From positions 45,549 through 109,548 of the forward strand of contig CAYUZA010000002.1 in the NCBI GenBank assembly GCA_964449535.1: DNA of 64,000 bases, read 5' to 3'. The notes below the pieces were generated by a model. It ran no database searches and had not been told where the DNA came from. It saw nothing but the letters and a program-made list of their open reading frames with translations. Of this stretch, positions 43,395-51,939 are shown in pieces (the stretch's first letter is position 1; every line of letters starts with the position of its first letter). The translations under genes were made by a program, and so were the position numbers. The stretch is from an uncultured Saprospiraceae bacterium. Lineage in GTDB: Bacteria; Bacteroidota; Bacteroidia; Chitinophagales; Saprospiraceae.

Positions 43395-43961
43395 CGTTTA
43401 CAATCGTTTACAAACGACTATAAACGAGACATAAATGTTTAAATACCGACAGTTGAGTTTACAAGCCTACATCTTTGCCCTGTCAATGGAACTGGCCAGT
43501 ACTTGATGATCGTTACAAAAAACATTTATTTATTATTTAAAATGCAAGTATTATGAAAAACATGAGAAATTCGGTGAGACTAGTGGGAAATGTAGGAATA
43601 GATCCACAAATTACTACGTTTGAAAGTGGCAAGAAAAAAGCAAGTATGGTTCTCGCCACAAATGAAAAGTACAAGAATGTGCAGGGAGAGTGGGTTACGG
43701 ATACCCAATGGCATAAAGTTGTTGCTTGGGGAAGGGAGGCTTGAGAAATTTGTCGAGAAGGGTAAAGAACTGACCATTGAAGGCAAGTTAATTCATCGAA
43801 GCTATACCGGCAAAGAGGGCACAGTTAAATATGTAACAGAGATTGTCTTACATGATCTGTTGTTAATGCAGGCAGCACGTCAACCCCAACCAACTGCTTA
43901 GAAAATACAACCTTAATTTCGCGCATCATTCGGGGTTGCCACTAAAAGGGAGGCGGCCCCG
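43395..43961 (+). repeat. ssb cassette copy 2 (diverged direct repeat of 29025-29606)
   Basis: Manual alignment. Roughly four-fifths identity by eye. Confidence 0.85.
43553..43901 (+). pseudogene. ssb paralogue inactivated by a frameshift
   Basis: Two ORF pieces (43553-43744 and the tail of 43620-43901) together match ssb copy 1. Relative to copy 1, about 8 nt are missing after ...AWGREA, giving TGA at 43742. Confidence 0.8.
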
Positions 43962-44054
43962 AAATTATTTGTCCTAAAGGGCCATAAAAATTTGAAATAT
44001 TGAAGGCTAAGGCCATAACAGATAAATATATTGAATCAAAAAAACAGTAATATC

Positions 44055-44373
44055 CATACCACATGTTTTGATGAAGTTTTAGACATGCAACGGGGCAAAA
44101 GTGGAACGAAAAAACGTGAAAAATTTGAGCAAGAATGACTTATAGAACGTTTAAGTGACGCGATTAAAAAGGCCAGAAAGGCGAAACGTTTAACGCAAGA
44201 ATAACTTGTTCTTGGTCAACAGGTTGGTGTCCAAAAAGCTCAAATATCAAAAGCGGAGAAATCAGCAACTGATGCCAGATTTGCAAACATTCTAAAGGGT
44301 TTTCAATGCCTTTGGCTCAAAGGTGAAATGTAGTGTAGAAGTCGACAAACAAAGATTAATGAATAGTGAATAA
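44055..44373 (+). pseudogene. XRE-family HTH antitoxin-like gene with in-frame stops and a frameshift
   Basis: Translation reads FDEVLDMQRGKSGTKKREKFEQE*LIERLSDAIKKARKAKRLTQE*LVLGQQVGVQKAQISKAEKSATDARFANILKGF. It then shifts frame to ...FNAFGSKVKCSVEV. The pattern resembles HigA-type antitoxins. Confidence 0.6.
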
Positions 44374-44528
44374 ACAGGGCTAGATAGTAACAATACACTG
44401 GACGAATAGGCTTACTGTCGCTGCGTCCGTCATTAATGCCCGGCCGTTATAGATGGCGTAATACCAAAGCACCTGTCATTAAAAGGACGTTTTCTGTTTG
44501 TCTTAAGCAGCAGAATATAACCTTGTTT

Positions 44529-44936
44529 TTAAACAGGGTATTCCACAAAATTACGAGGTGTTTCGTAAAGCCTAATGTGCAAATCAAGTGTTGTAGAGAG
44601 TTTTGCCCTAAGAATGTTGTAAATCACCACACAAATATTTTCCGCAGTGGGAATAAGCGTTTGGAATTCTTCTGTATCTAAATTTAGGTTTTTGTGATCA
44701 AAACGCTCTTCCACCTCTGTTTTAATCAAATCGCGTAAGTAACCAAGGTCAATTACCATGCCTGTTTCTGGATCAATTTCACCTGCAACCTTCACCTCAA
44801 GTTCATAATTGTGTCCGTGGTAGTTGGGATTGTTGCACAAACCAAACACTTCTTTATTTCGATCGTTATCCCAGGCGGGGTTGAACAAGCGGTGGGCGGC
44901 ATTGAAATGGGCGGTGCGAAATACAGCAACTTTCAT
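44529..44936 (-). CDS. queD: 6-carboxy-5,6,7,8-tetrahydropterin synthase
   Basis: FNAAHRL...C.NPNYHGHNYELEV...DPETGMVIDL motifs, 135 aa. Confidence 0.9.
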   Translation of the reverse strand: MKVAVFRTAHFNAAHRLFNPAWDNDRNKEVFGLCNNPNYHGHNYELEVKVAGEIDPETGMVIDLGYLRDLIKTEVEERFDHKNLNLDTEEFQTLIPTAENICVVIYNILRAKLSTTLDLHIRLYETPRNFVEYPV

Positions 44937-45079
44937 AAATAAAACATTTTGAATAGCTTATAAGATACCAATAGTTGGCCAACTACCTCGTTTTAAACAG
45001 ATACATCATTTTATTGTTTCAATTTAATTTTCTAATGGAACAATCCTTGACTTATACACTTTTACCAAAACAAATAAAC

Positions 45080-45613
45080 ATGAAATCTTTACGTCTGGCT
45101 TTTTTACCTTTGTTCTTATTATCCTGGATATCGATGATCGGTCAGAGTGCACACTCATTCTCATTGGAGGCTATAGATGGAAAGACCATCAATCTCAGCC
45201 AATATAAAGGCAAGAAAATTTTGTTGGTTAACGTGGCGTCGGCTTGTGGATATACGCCCCAATACAAAAAACTGCAAGAGCTATATGAAACTTATGGGGA
45301 AAAAGTAGTTGTGATTGGAATTCCGTGTAATGATTTTGGCAGACAGGAGTCCGGAACAAATGCGGAAATCGCAGAATTTTGTTCAAGCAAATATGCGATA
45401 ACTTTCCCTATGGCCGCCAAAGTTTCGATAAAGGGCAACGACCAACATCCGCTTTACAAATGGCTTACAAATAAATCCGAAAATGGAGTGATGGATGCAG
45501 ATGTTCGATGGAATTTTAACAAATTTCTATTGGACGAAAATGGTAAATTGATAGAACATTTTGGATCTGGTGTTAGTCCACTCGATGAAAAAATAACTAA
45601 ATGGCTGAAATAG
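45080..45613 (+). CDS. Glutathione peroxidase family protein (secreted or lipid-anchored)
   Basis: VNVASACGYTPQY (Cys active site), FPCNDFG-like IPCNDFGRQE, WNFNKFL. Start set to MKSLRLAFL. Confidence 0.85.
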   Translation: MKSLRLAFLPLFLLSWISMIGQSAHSFSLEAIDGKTINLSQYKGKKILLVNVASACGYTPQYKKLQELYETYGEKVVVIGIPCNDFGRQESGTNAEIAEFCSSKYAITFPMAAKVSIKGNDQHPLYKWLTNKSENGVMDADVRWNFNKFLLDENGKLIEHFGSGVSPLDEKITKWLK

Positions 45614-46728
45614 GCACAAAAGGAGTTTTAGGTCAGGCTCATGCCATCTCATTTTTGCAACAAAGTTATTTAAGCAGCAGAATACCCCATGCTTTGTTAA
45701 TACACGGGCTGCCAGGGTCTGGTCAGTTAGCCCTTGCTCTGTATACCGCAAGACTCCTTCAATGCCGGGAGGCCACCGATGGAAAGCCTTGTGGAAGCTG
45801 CAATCAGTGCCAAAAAGTAAAAAACGGAACCCACCCTGACGTCCATTTTTTGTTTCCTGTGCCTAATTTAGGAGAACAAAAAAAGAAACCGTCTCATTTT
45901 GAAGCGATTTTTAGAGAGGCTCTCGCCCAAAGTGCTTATAGGAGCCTGACTGCTTGGCTGTCAAAGCTGGATGCAGAACAAAAAACGCCCAATATCTCTG
46001 CAGAAGCATGCCGAGACGCGCTGCATGAGCTTGGACTTCATCGTGGGGAGGGAAACTACAAAATTCTAATAATCTGGCTCCCAGAGTTTTTAGGCAAAGA
46101 AGGGAATATCCTTCTAAAAGAAATAGAGGAACCTGCGCCCAATACCGCCATTATCCTGGCCACGGACAATGCAGAGCAAATCTTGCCAACCATTCAATCT
46201 CGCTGTCAATCTATTAGATTGGTCCCGTTAAAAAGTACTGAAGTGCAAGATGGTCTAATTCAGCAACTTTCCTGTGATCCTGTCTTAGCAGAAGAGGTCT
46301 CTTGGCTATCTGCTGGAAATATGGATTTGGCGCTGGACAAAGCGAGCGATCTTGATGCGGCAAATTCAACACAGTTTCTTGATTGGTTGCGGGGAGCCTA
46401 TCAGGGGGATGTGCTTACAATGAGTCAATGGGCAGACCAGTTGAGCGCCATGCCGAAGAACAGACAAAAGGCTTTTTTAGAATATTTTATGCATGTAATG
46501 CAACAATCTATTTTGGTAGGGATACTTCCAGATGACTCTTTGCATATGCCTTCTCATGAAATAGCCGCCTTGCATAAACTTAAGCCCATTTTAGATGTCG
46601 ATAAGCTTAAAAAACTGCAAATGCGAATCGATGAAGATTTGTCCGCTATGGAGCAAAACGCCAATCCTAAAATAGTTTTCATGGCATTGACAGTCTACAC
46701 CCATCAAGTCCTGAGGGGGCGGGCTTAG
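45601..46728 (+). CDS. holB: DNA polymerase III delta-prime subunit
   Basis: HALLIHGLPGSGQLALAL P-loop-like motif, zinc module CGSCNQCQKV..GTHPDV, SRCQ sensor (IQSRCQSIRL). Confidence 0.8.
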   Translation: MAEIGTKGVLGQAHAISFLQQSYLSSRIPHALLIHGLPGSGQLALALYTARLLQCREATDGKPCGSCNQCQKVKNGTHPDVHFLFPVPNLGEQKKKPSHFEAIFREALAQSAYRSLTAWLSKLDAEQKTPNISAEACRDALHELGLHRGEGNYKILIIWLPEFLGKEGNILLKEIEEPAPNTAIILATDNAEQILPTIQSRCQSIRLVPLKSTEVQDGLIQQLSCDPVLAEEVSWLSAGNMDLALDKASDLDAANSTQFLDWLRGAYQGDVLTMSQWADQLSAMPKNRQKAFLEYFMHVMQQSILVGILPDDSLHMPSHEIAALHKLKPILDVDKLKKLQMRIDEDLSAMEQNANPKIVFMALTVYTHQVLRGRA

Positions 46729-46784
46729 CTAAATTCGATAAAAACCCCTACCTTTAGGTTTTTATTTACCAAAAACAATGACCC

Positions 46785-48107
46785 ATGGCTTGCAAAGGTT
46801 GTACCATAGGATCCAAAACCGGAGGCTGCGGCAGCGGTGGATCTTGCAGTAGCGGGGGTTGTGGCAGTGGCGGATGCAATCGCCTCAACACATACGATTG
46901 GCTCTCAGCCAGCGGCATCACAGACGCAGAGCCATTTCCCATATATGAAGTAACTTTTAAAAATGGATCTACCAAGGAATTCACTTTTTGTGAATCAGGC
47001 TTGCACATAGAGACAGGTGACTGGGTGGTGGTCGATACAGGAGGAGGATACGATGTAGGAAAAGTAAGCCTCAGCGGAGAATTGGTGCGTCTCCAAATGA
47101 AGAAAAAGAAAATACAAGAAAAAAAAGTAGTTTGCAAAATTGTGCGTAGAGCGCACGAAAGAGATTTGGAGCGCCTGGAAGAGGCAAGAGGACTTGAAAA
47201 GGACACCCTGATAAAAGCTCGTGTTATATCTAGATCTTTGGGTCTGGACATGAAAGTTGGTGATGTGCAGTATCAGGCAGACTTAAGAAAGGCAACATTT
47301 TTTTTCACCTCTGACGGACGAGTAGATTTTCGGGAGTTAATCCGTCATTATGCTCGTGATTTTAAGGTTAAAATCGAAATGCGACAAATTGGCGCCAGAC
47401 AAGAATCGGCCCGAATTGGTGGAATTGGTTCATGTGGTCGTGAGCTATGTTGTTCTACTTGGTTAACAGATTTTAAATCTGTATCAACTACAGCAGCTCG
47501 CTATCAAAATCTGGCAATTAATCAAGCTAAGCTTTCAGGACAGTGTGGACGACTGAAATGTTGTCTTAATTTCGAGTTAGATATGTACGTGGATGCACTA
47601 AAGTCATTCCCACCTGAGAATAAGGCCTTGCGCTTTGAAAAAGGTCGCGCTGTACATATTAAAACAGATATTTTTAAGGGGCTTATGTATTACAACTATG
47701 AGCCACAAGGAGGCAGGTCTGTGATGCTGGCCATTGAAAAAGACCAGGTTACAAAAATTCATGCATGGAATCAGGAAGGGGTTTTCCCTTCAGATCCTGA
47801 TGAACTCAAATTTAAATTTGTAGACGAAAGCAAGGAAGAAGAAGCAGATTATGAAGATGTAACGGGCGCGATAGAGCTTCCAGATTCCAAAAGAAAGAAA
47901 AACAAGAAGAAAAAGCGAAAACCGCAGGGCCCCAACAATACACTTCCACAAGAGCCACAGGCCACTGTTACTCCAAAACCGGAGAACACAGATAAAGGAA
48001 GTGCAGGGCAAGGAGGAGAAAGAAGAGGGGACAACAATCGACGCTTTAACAAAAAGAAAAGGCGACCAGGAGGCCCGCCTAAAAACGACCAATCACCCAA
48101 ACCATAA
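46785..48107 (+). CDS. PSP1 domain protein (YaaT/RicT-like) with Cys/Gly-rich N-terminus and basic C-terminal tail
   Basis: PSP1 core (DFRELIRHYARDFKVKIEMRQIGARQE...GSCGRELCCSTWL...GQCGRLKCCLNFE). Follows holB, as yaaT does in Firmicutes. Confidence 0.8.
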   Translation: MACKGCTIGSKTGGCGSGGSCSSGGCGSGGCNRLNTYDWLSASGITDAEPFPIYEVTFKNGSTKEFTFCESGLHIETGDWVVVDTGGGYDVGKVSLSGELVRLQMKKKKIQEKKVVCKIVRRAHERDLERLEEARGLEKDTLIKARVISRSLGLDMKVGDVQYQADLRKATFFFTSDGRVDFRELIRHYARDFKVKIEMRQIGARQESARIGGIGSCGRELCCSTWLTDFKSVSTTAARYQNLAINQAKLSGQCGRLKCCLNFELDMYVDALKSFPPENKALRFEKGRAVHIKTDIFKGLMYYNYEPQGGRSVMLAIEKDQVTKIHAWNQEGVFPSDPDELKFKFVDESKEEEADYEDVTGAIELPDSKRKKNKKKKRKPQGPNNTLPQEPQATVTPKPENTDKGSAGQGGERRGDNNRRFNKKKRRPGGPPKNDQSPKP

Positions 48108-48120
48108 GATAGATTAACGC

Positions 48121-49524
48121 ATGCAATACGATATCATTTTCATCGGTTCCGGTCCCGGTGGCTATGTAGCCGCTATTAGGGCATCTCAGTTAGGTATGAA
48201 AACCGCCATCATCGAGAAATACAATACATTAGGGGGCACATGTCTGAATGTTGGGTGTATTCCTTCCAAAGCCTTGCTTGATTCTTCAGAGCATTATTAC
48301 AACGCGCGACACCATTTTGCAGAACACGGTATAGAGGTGCCCAAAGTGGGCTTGCAAATGCCTCAAATGATAGCTCGAAAACAACAGGTTGTAAGTCAAA
48401 CCTGTGATGGAGTTGCTTTCTTAATGAAAAAAAACAAAATCGATGTGTATCAAGGGCACGGATCGCTGGAAGGCGGCAGGATGGTAAGTGTTTCAAAAGA
48501 AAATGGCGAGAAGGTGACACTGGAAGGGAAACATATTGTTATTGCCACTGGTTCGAAGCCTATAACACCTGAAGCGTTTCAGTATGATAAAAACCGTGTC
48601 ATAACCAGTACGGAGGCCCTGAATATTGAAAAATTGCCCAAATCCATGATTATTATTGGTGCTGGGGTTATAGGGCTTGAATTGGGATCAGTGTTTGCCA
48701 GGTTGGGTACGCAGGTAGATATAGTGGAATATGAAGATCGCATATTGAATGGTATGGATGCGGATTGTGCTAAAGAATTACAAAAGTCCCTGAAGGGCCT
48801 TGGAATTACATTTCACCTAGGTCACAAGGTGTTGACAGTAAAGGGTCAAAAAAACAGCGCAGTAGTAAGATTCGAATCTAAAAAAGGAGGAGAGCCTATC
48901 GAAAAAACCGTAGATTATTGCCTGATAGCCATTGGCAGAAGACCTTATACAGAAGGCCTTGGCCTAGAAAAGGCAGGAGTAAATCTGGATGAACGTGGCC
49001 GTGTAATTGTCAATGATTCTATGGAAACATCAGCTAGCGGCATATATGCTATTGGTGATGTTGTCAGGGGAGCCATGCTGGCTCATAAGGCTTCCGAAGA
49101 AGGCATCTTTTTGGTGGAGAAGTTGGCCGGTATGCATGCGCATATTGATTATAATTTGATTCCAGGGGTTGTGTATACTTGGCCGGAGGTTGCGGGAGTT
49201 GGAAAAACAGAAGAGCAACTTAAGGCAGAGGGTATACCCTATAAAACAGGCAAATTTCCTTTCAAAGCATTGGGCAGAGCACGTGCAAGTGGTGATACAG
49301 AGGGATTGGTAAAAATAATAGCTCATTCAGAAACCGACGAAATACTCGGGATACATATGTGTGGTGCAAGGGCAGCAGATTTGATAGCTTCTTCGGTAGC
49401 TCAGCTTACCTTCAGGGCCTCTGCGGAGGATGTTGCAATTATGTCACACGCGCATCCCACGTTTGCTGAGGCCATAAAAGAGGCAGCATTTGCGGCTTGG
49501 GAAGGTAGAGCATTACACCTGTAG
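48121..49524 (+). CDS. lpdA: Dihydrolipoyl dehydrogenase
   Basis: GSGPGGY FAD motif, redox disulfide GGTCLNVGCIPSK, C-terminal HAHPTFAE. Confidence 0.93.
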   Translation: MQYDIIFIGSGPGGYVAAIRASQLGMKTAIIEKYNTLGGTCLNVGCIPSKALLDSSEHYYNARHHFAEHGIEVPKVGLQMPQMIARKQQVVSQTCDGVAFLMKKNKIDVYQGHGSLEGGRMVSVSKENGEKVTLEGKHIVIATGSKPITPEAFQYDKNRVITSTEALNIEKLPKSMIIIGAGVIGLELGSVFARLGTQVDIVEYEDRILNGMDADCAKELQKSLKGLGITFHLGHKVLTVKGQKNSAVVRFESKKGGEPIEKTVDYCLIAIGRRPYTEGLGLEKAGVNLDERGRVIVNDSMETSASGIYAIGDVVRGAMLAHKASEEGIFLVEKLAGMHAHIDYNLIPGVVYTWPEVAGVGKTEEQLKAEGIPYKTGKFPFKALGRARASGDTEGLVKIIAHSETDEILGIHMCGARAADLIASSVAQLTFRASAEDVAIMSHAHPTFAEAIKEAAFAAWEGRALHL

Positions 49525-49540
49525 ACGCCTTGTTTTTACT

Positions 49541-50263
49541 ATGAAGGAGTTTATCAAAAAAATCATTAGGCTGAGTCCTGTGCCCCTGACACAGAATCAT
49601 AAGTATGATCTGTTGACCAGAAAAATAATGCGCAACATATTACAAAAGAATAGTAACACCATAGATGTAGGCTGTCATAAAGGGGAGGTGCTGGATTGGA
49701 TAATTCAGATAGCACCGAATGGACAACACTTTGGTTTTGAACCTATTCCGGATTTATTTGTACGATTGGCCAACAAGTATCGATCAGCTCCCAATTGCCA
49801 CATTGTGGAAGTCGCCTTATCTGATCACATTGGTCGAACTTCATTTAATTATGTAACTACCAATCCCGCATACTCTGGCATAAAACGGCGCAAATATGAC
49901 AGAAAGGACGAAAAAGATGTGCAGATAGAAGTTCAATTAAATACACTAGACAATATCATAGACGCTTCTACCCCCATAAGGCTTATTAAAATAGATGTTG
50001 AGGGAGCAGAATGGCAGGTGTTGAATGGCGCAAAATCACTAATTGCCAGAGACAAGCCGTTTGTTATTTTTGAACACGGATTGGGCGCTTCGGATGTATA
50101 TGGTACTTTTCCAGAAGATATATTCAATTATTTTTCAGAACTGGATATGAATATATCTACCTTGTCGGGATATTTAAACCAAAGCAAAGCCTTGATAAAA
50201 AGCGATTTTAGCAAATTATATCAAGAGGCAAAAGAATATTATTTTATTGCTTGGGCTTCTTGA
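49541..50263 (+). CDS. FkbM-family SAM-dependent methyltransferase
   Basis: IDVGCHKGE and IKIDVEGAEWQVL motifs. Start set to MKEFIKK. Confidence 0.7.
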   Translation: MKEFIKKIIRLSPVPLTQNHKYDLLTRKIMRNILQKNSNTIDVGCHKGEVLDWIIQIAPNGQHFGFEPIPDLFVRLANKYRSAPNCHIVEVALSDHIGRTSFNYVTTNPAYSGIKRRKYDRKDEKDVQIEVQLNTLDNIIDASTPIRLIKIDVEGAEWQVLNGAKSLIARDKPFVIFEHGLGASDVYGTFPEDIFNYFSELDMNISTLSGYLNQSKALIKSDFSKLYQEAKEYYFIAWAS

Positions 50264-51732
50264 AGAAAATGTTTGCTTTTTGCCATTTCTGTATATAATA
50301 CGCGGTCTTCCCGAATGAAAGGCACCCTTTCTCTATACAGCTGGAGCAAATTTTCCAAATAGGCAGAAGTGCGGCCCGGTCGTCTAAACTCAATGGCCTG
50401 AGCGGCACAAAGCCACTCAATTGCCAATACCATCCATACGTTATCTACTACCTTATTTAGTTTGGTTCCAGCATTAGCAGCCATGCTTACATGATCTTCT
50501 TGTCCGGCACTAGAGACGATGCTATCAATACTGGCTGGCGTACAATATTGTTTGTTTTGGGAGACAATAGATGCAGCTGTATATTGGGCAATCATTAATC
50601 CAGAGTTAATGCCTGGATCAGAAACCAGAAAAGGCGGCAGCCCTCTCAACCCTGAAATAAGTTGAAAAATGCGTCGCTCGGCAATATTGCCTAGTTCTGC
50701 GAGTGCAATGGCCAAAAAGTCAGCGGCGTAGGCAATGGGTTGAGCATGAAAATTGCCCGCGGATAAAATACAGTTTTCTTCACTGAATATATTCGGGTTG
50801 TCTGTTACCGCATTTACCTCTGTCTCAAGCGTTTGGGCGACAAAAGTGATTGTGTCTCTAGTTGCACCATGCACTTGTGGGATACAACGAAAAGAGTAAG
50901 GGTCCTGAACATGCTCTTTAGGTCTTTCAAATAGTTCGCTGTCCTCTAAACGGCTGAGGATACCCTGCGCAACCGCCATTTGTCCGGCATGTGGCCGAAT
51001 CTTATGGGATAAAGGATCGAAAGGAGATTTATTGCATAAAAAGGCATCACAAGACAAAGCTGCGCAATCTTCTGCTATGGTAGAAATGGCCTCAGCCTGA
51101 AAATATCCGTGAAGAGCAAAAGCGGTGGAAAATTGCGTTCCATTGAGTAAAGCCAACCCTTCTTTGGCCTCTAATTGCATAGGCACCCATCCCAATTCTC
51201 GCATCACCTCTGAAGAGGCATGAATTTTGCCACGATACGTTACCTCTCCAAGGCCTAATAATACCAAACTTATATGAGCCAAGGGTGCCAAATCACCAGA
51301 GGCCCCCAGAGAGCCTTGTTCGTATACTACCGGGTATACATCAGCATTGTAATAGTCCAGGAGCCTTTGAACAACAGAGAGCCTTACTCCTGAAAACCCC
51401 TTGGAAAGGCTCATTACTTTTAGCAAAAGCATAATGCGCACAATAGAGGGATCTACAATAGGACCCGATCCACAGGCATGCGACATTACCAGATTTTTTT
51501 GAAGATCACTAAGTTGATCATCGGATATACGAACCTGACACAAGGAGCCAAACCCGGTATTGATGCCGTATATGGGTGCACTATTGTTACGTAAGGTGGT
51601 TTTTAGAAATGTTTCATTATTGACTATGGCGTCAACAGTAGCCTTACCAAGAGTAAGCTGTGTACCAGGGGTTAGTAAAGACTTTATGTCGTGAAGGCTA
51701 TAATGGACGGCTGCCGGATCTAATATTTGCAA
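50239..51732 (-). CDS. hutH: Histidine ammonia-lyase
   Basis: MIO-forming GSLGASGDLAPL. The selectivity pair in LVMSHACG is Ser-His, as in HAL rather than TAL or PAL. TTG start as listed; the true start is unverified. Confidence 0.88.
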   Translation of the reverse strand: MQILDPAAVHYSLHDIKSLLTPGTQLTLGKATVDAIVNNETFLKTTLRNNSAPIYGINTGFGSLCQVRISDDQLSDLQKNLVMSHACGSGPIVDPSIVRIMLLLKVMSLSKGFSGVRLSVVQRLLDYYNADVYPVVYEQGSLGASGDLAPLAHISLVLLGLGEVTYRGKIHASSEVMRELGWVPMQLEAKEGLALLNGTQFSTAFALHGYFQAEAISTIAEDCAALSCDAFLCNKSPFDPLSHKIRPHAGQMAVAQGILSRLEDSELFERPKEHVQDPYSFRCIPQVHGATRDTITFVAQTLETEVNAVTDNPNIFSEENCILSAGNFHAQPIAYAADFLAIALAELGNIAERRIFQLISGLRGLPPFLVSDPGINSGLMIAQYTAASIVSQNKQYCTPASIDSIVSSAGQEDHVSMAANAGTKLNKVVDNVWMVLAIEWLCAAQAIEFRRPGRTSAYLENLLQLYRERVPFIREDRVLYTEMAKSKHFLQEAQAIK

Positions 51733-51886
51733 GGGGTTTAATTTTGGGTCAAAATTACCTAAATCCAGCGTTTCTTCAAAATGCAGTCAATTTGCTATTG
51801 TAGAAAGAGCAATTAATGCACTTAAGTAAATCAAAGGCATCAAAATCCTTAAAAATACACTAAAAAAGGATGGATTACCAAAACCC

Positions 51887-51910
51887 TCTGAATCGAGATT
51901 CAGATTTTTT
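51887..51910. terminator. Hairpin TCTGAATCGAGATTCAGA flanked by AAAACCC and TTTTTT (bidirectional terminator candidate)
   Basis: Read directly. Lies just downstream of the adhesin stop on the minus strand. Confidence 0.45.
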
Positions 51911-51939
51911 ATTTAAAGTCTGAATCTATTGAATTTATA

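Noticed and set aside
46766-47251. 161-aa minus-strand ORF overlapping the start of the PSP1 gene
   Set aside because: It is antisense to the Gly/Cys-rich coding repeat, which gives a Pro-rich mirror ORF, and it has no start context or motifs.
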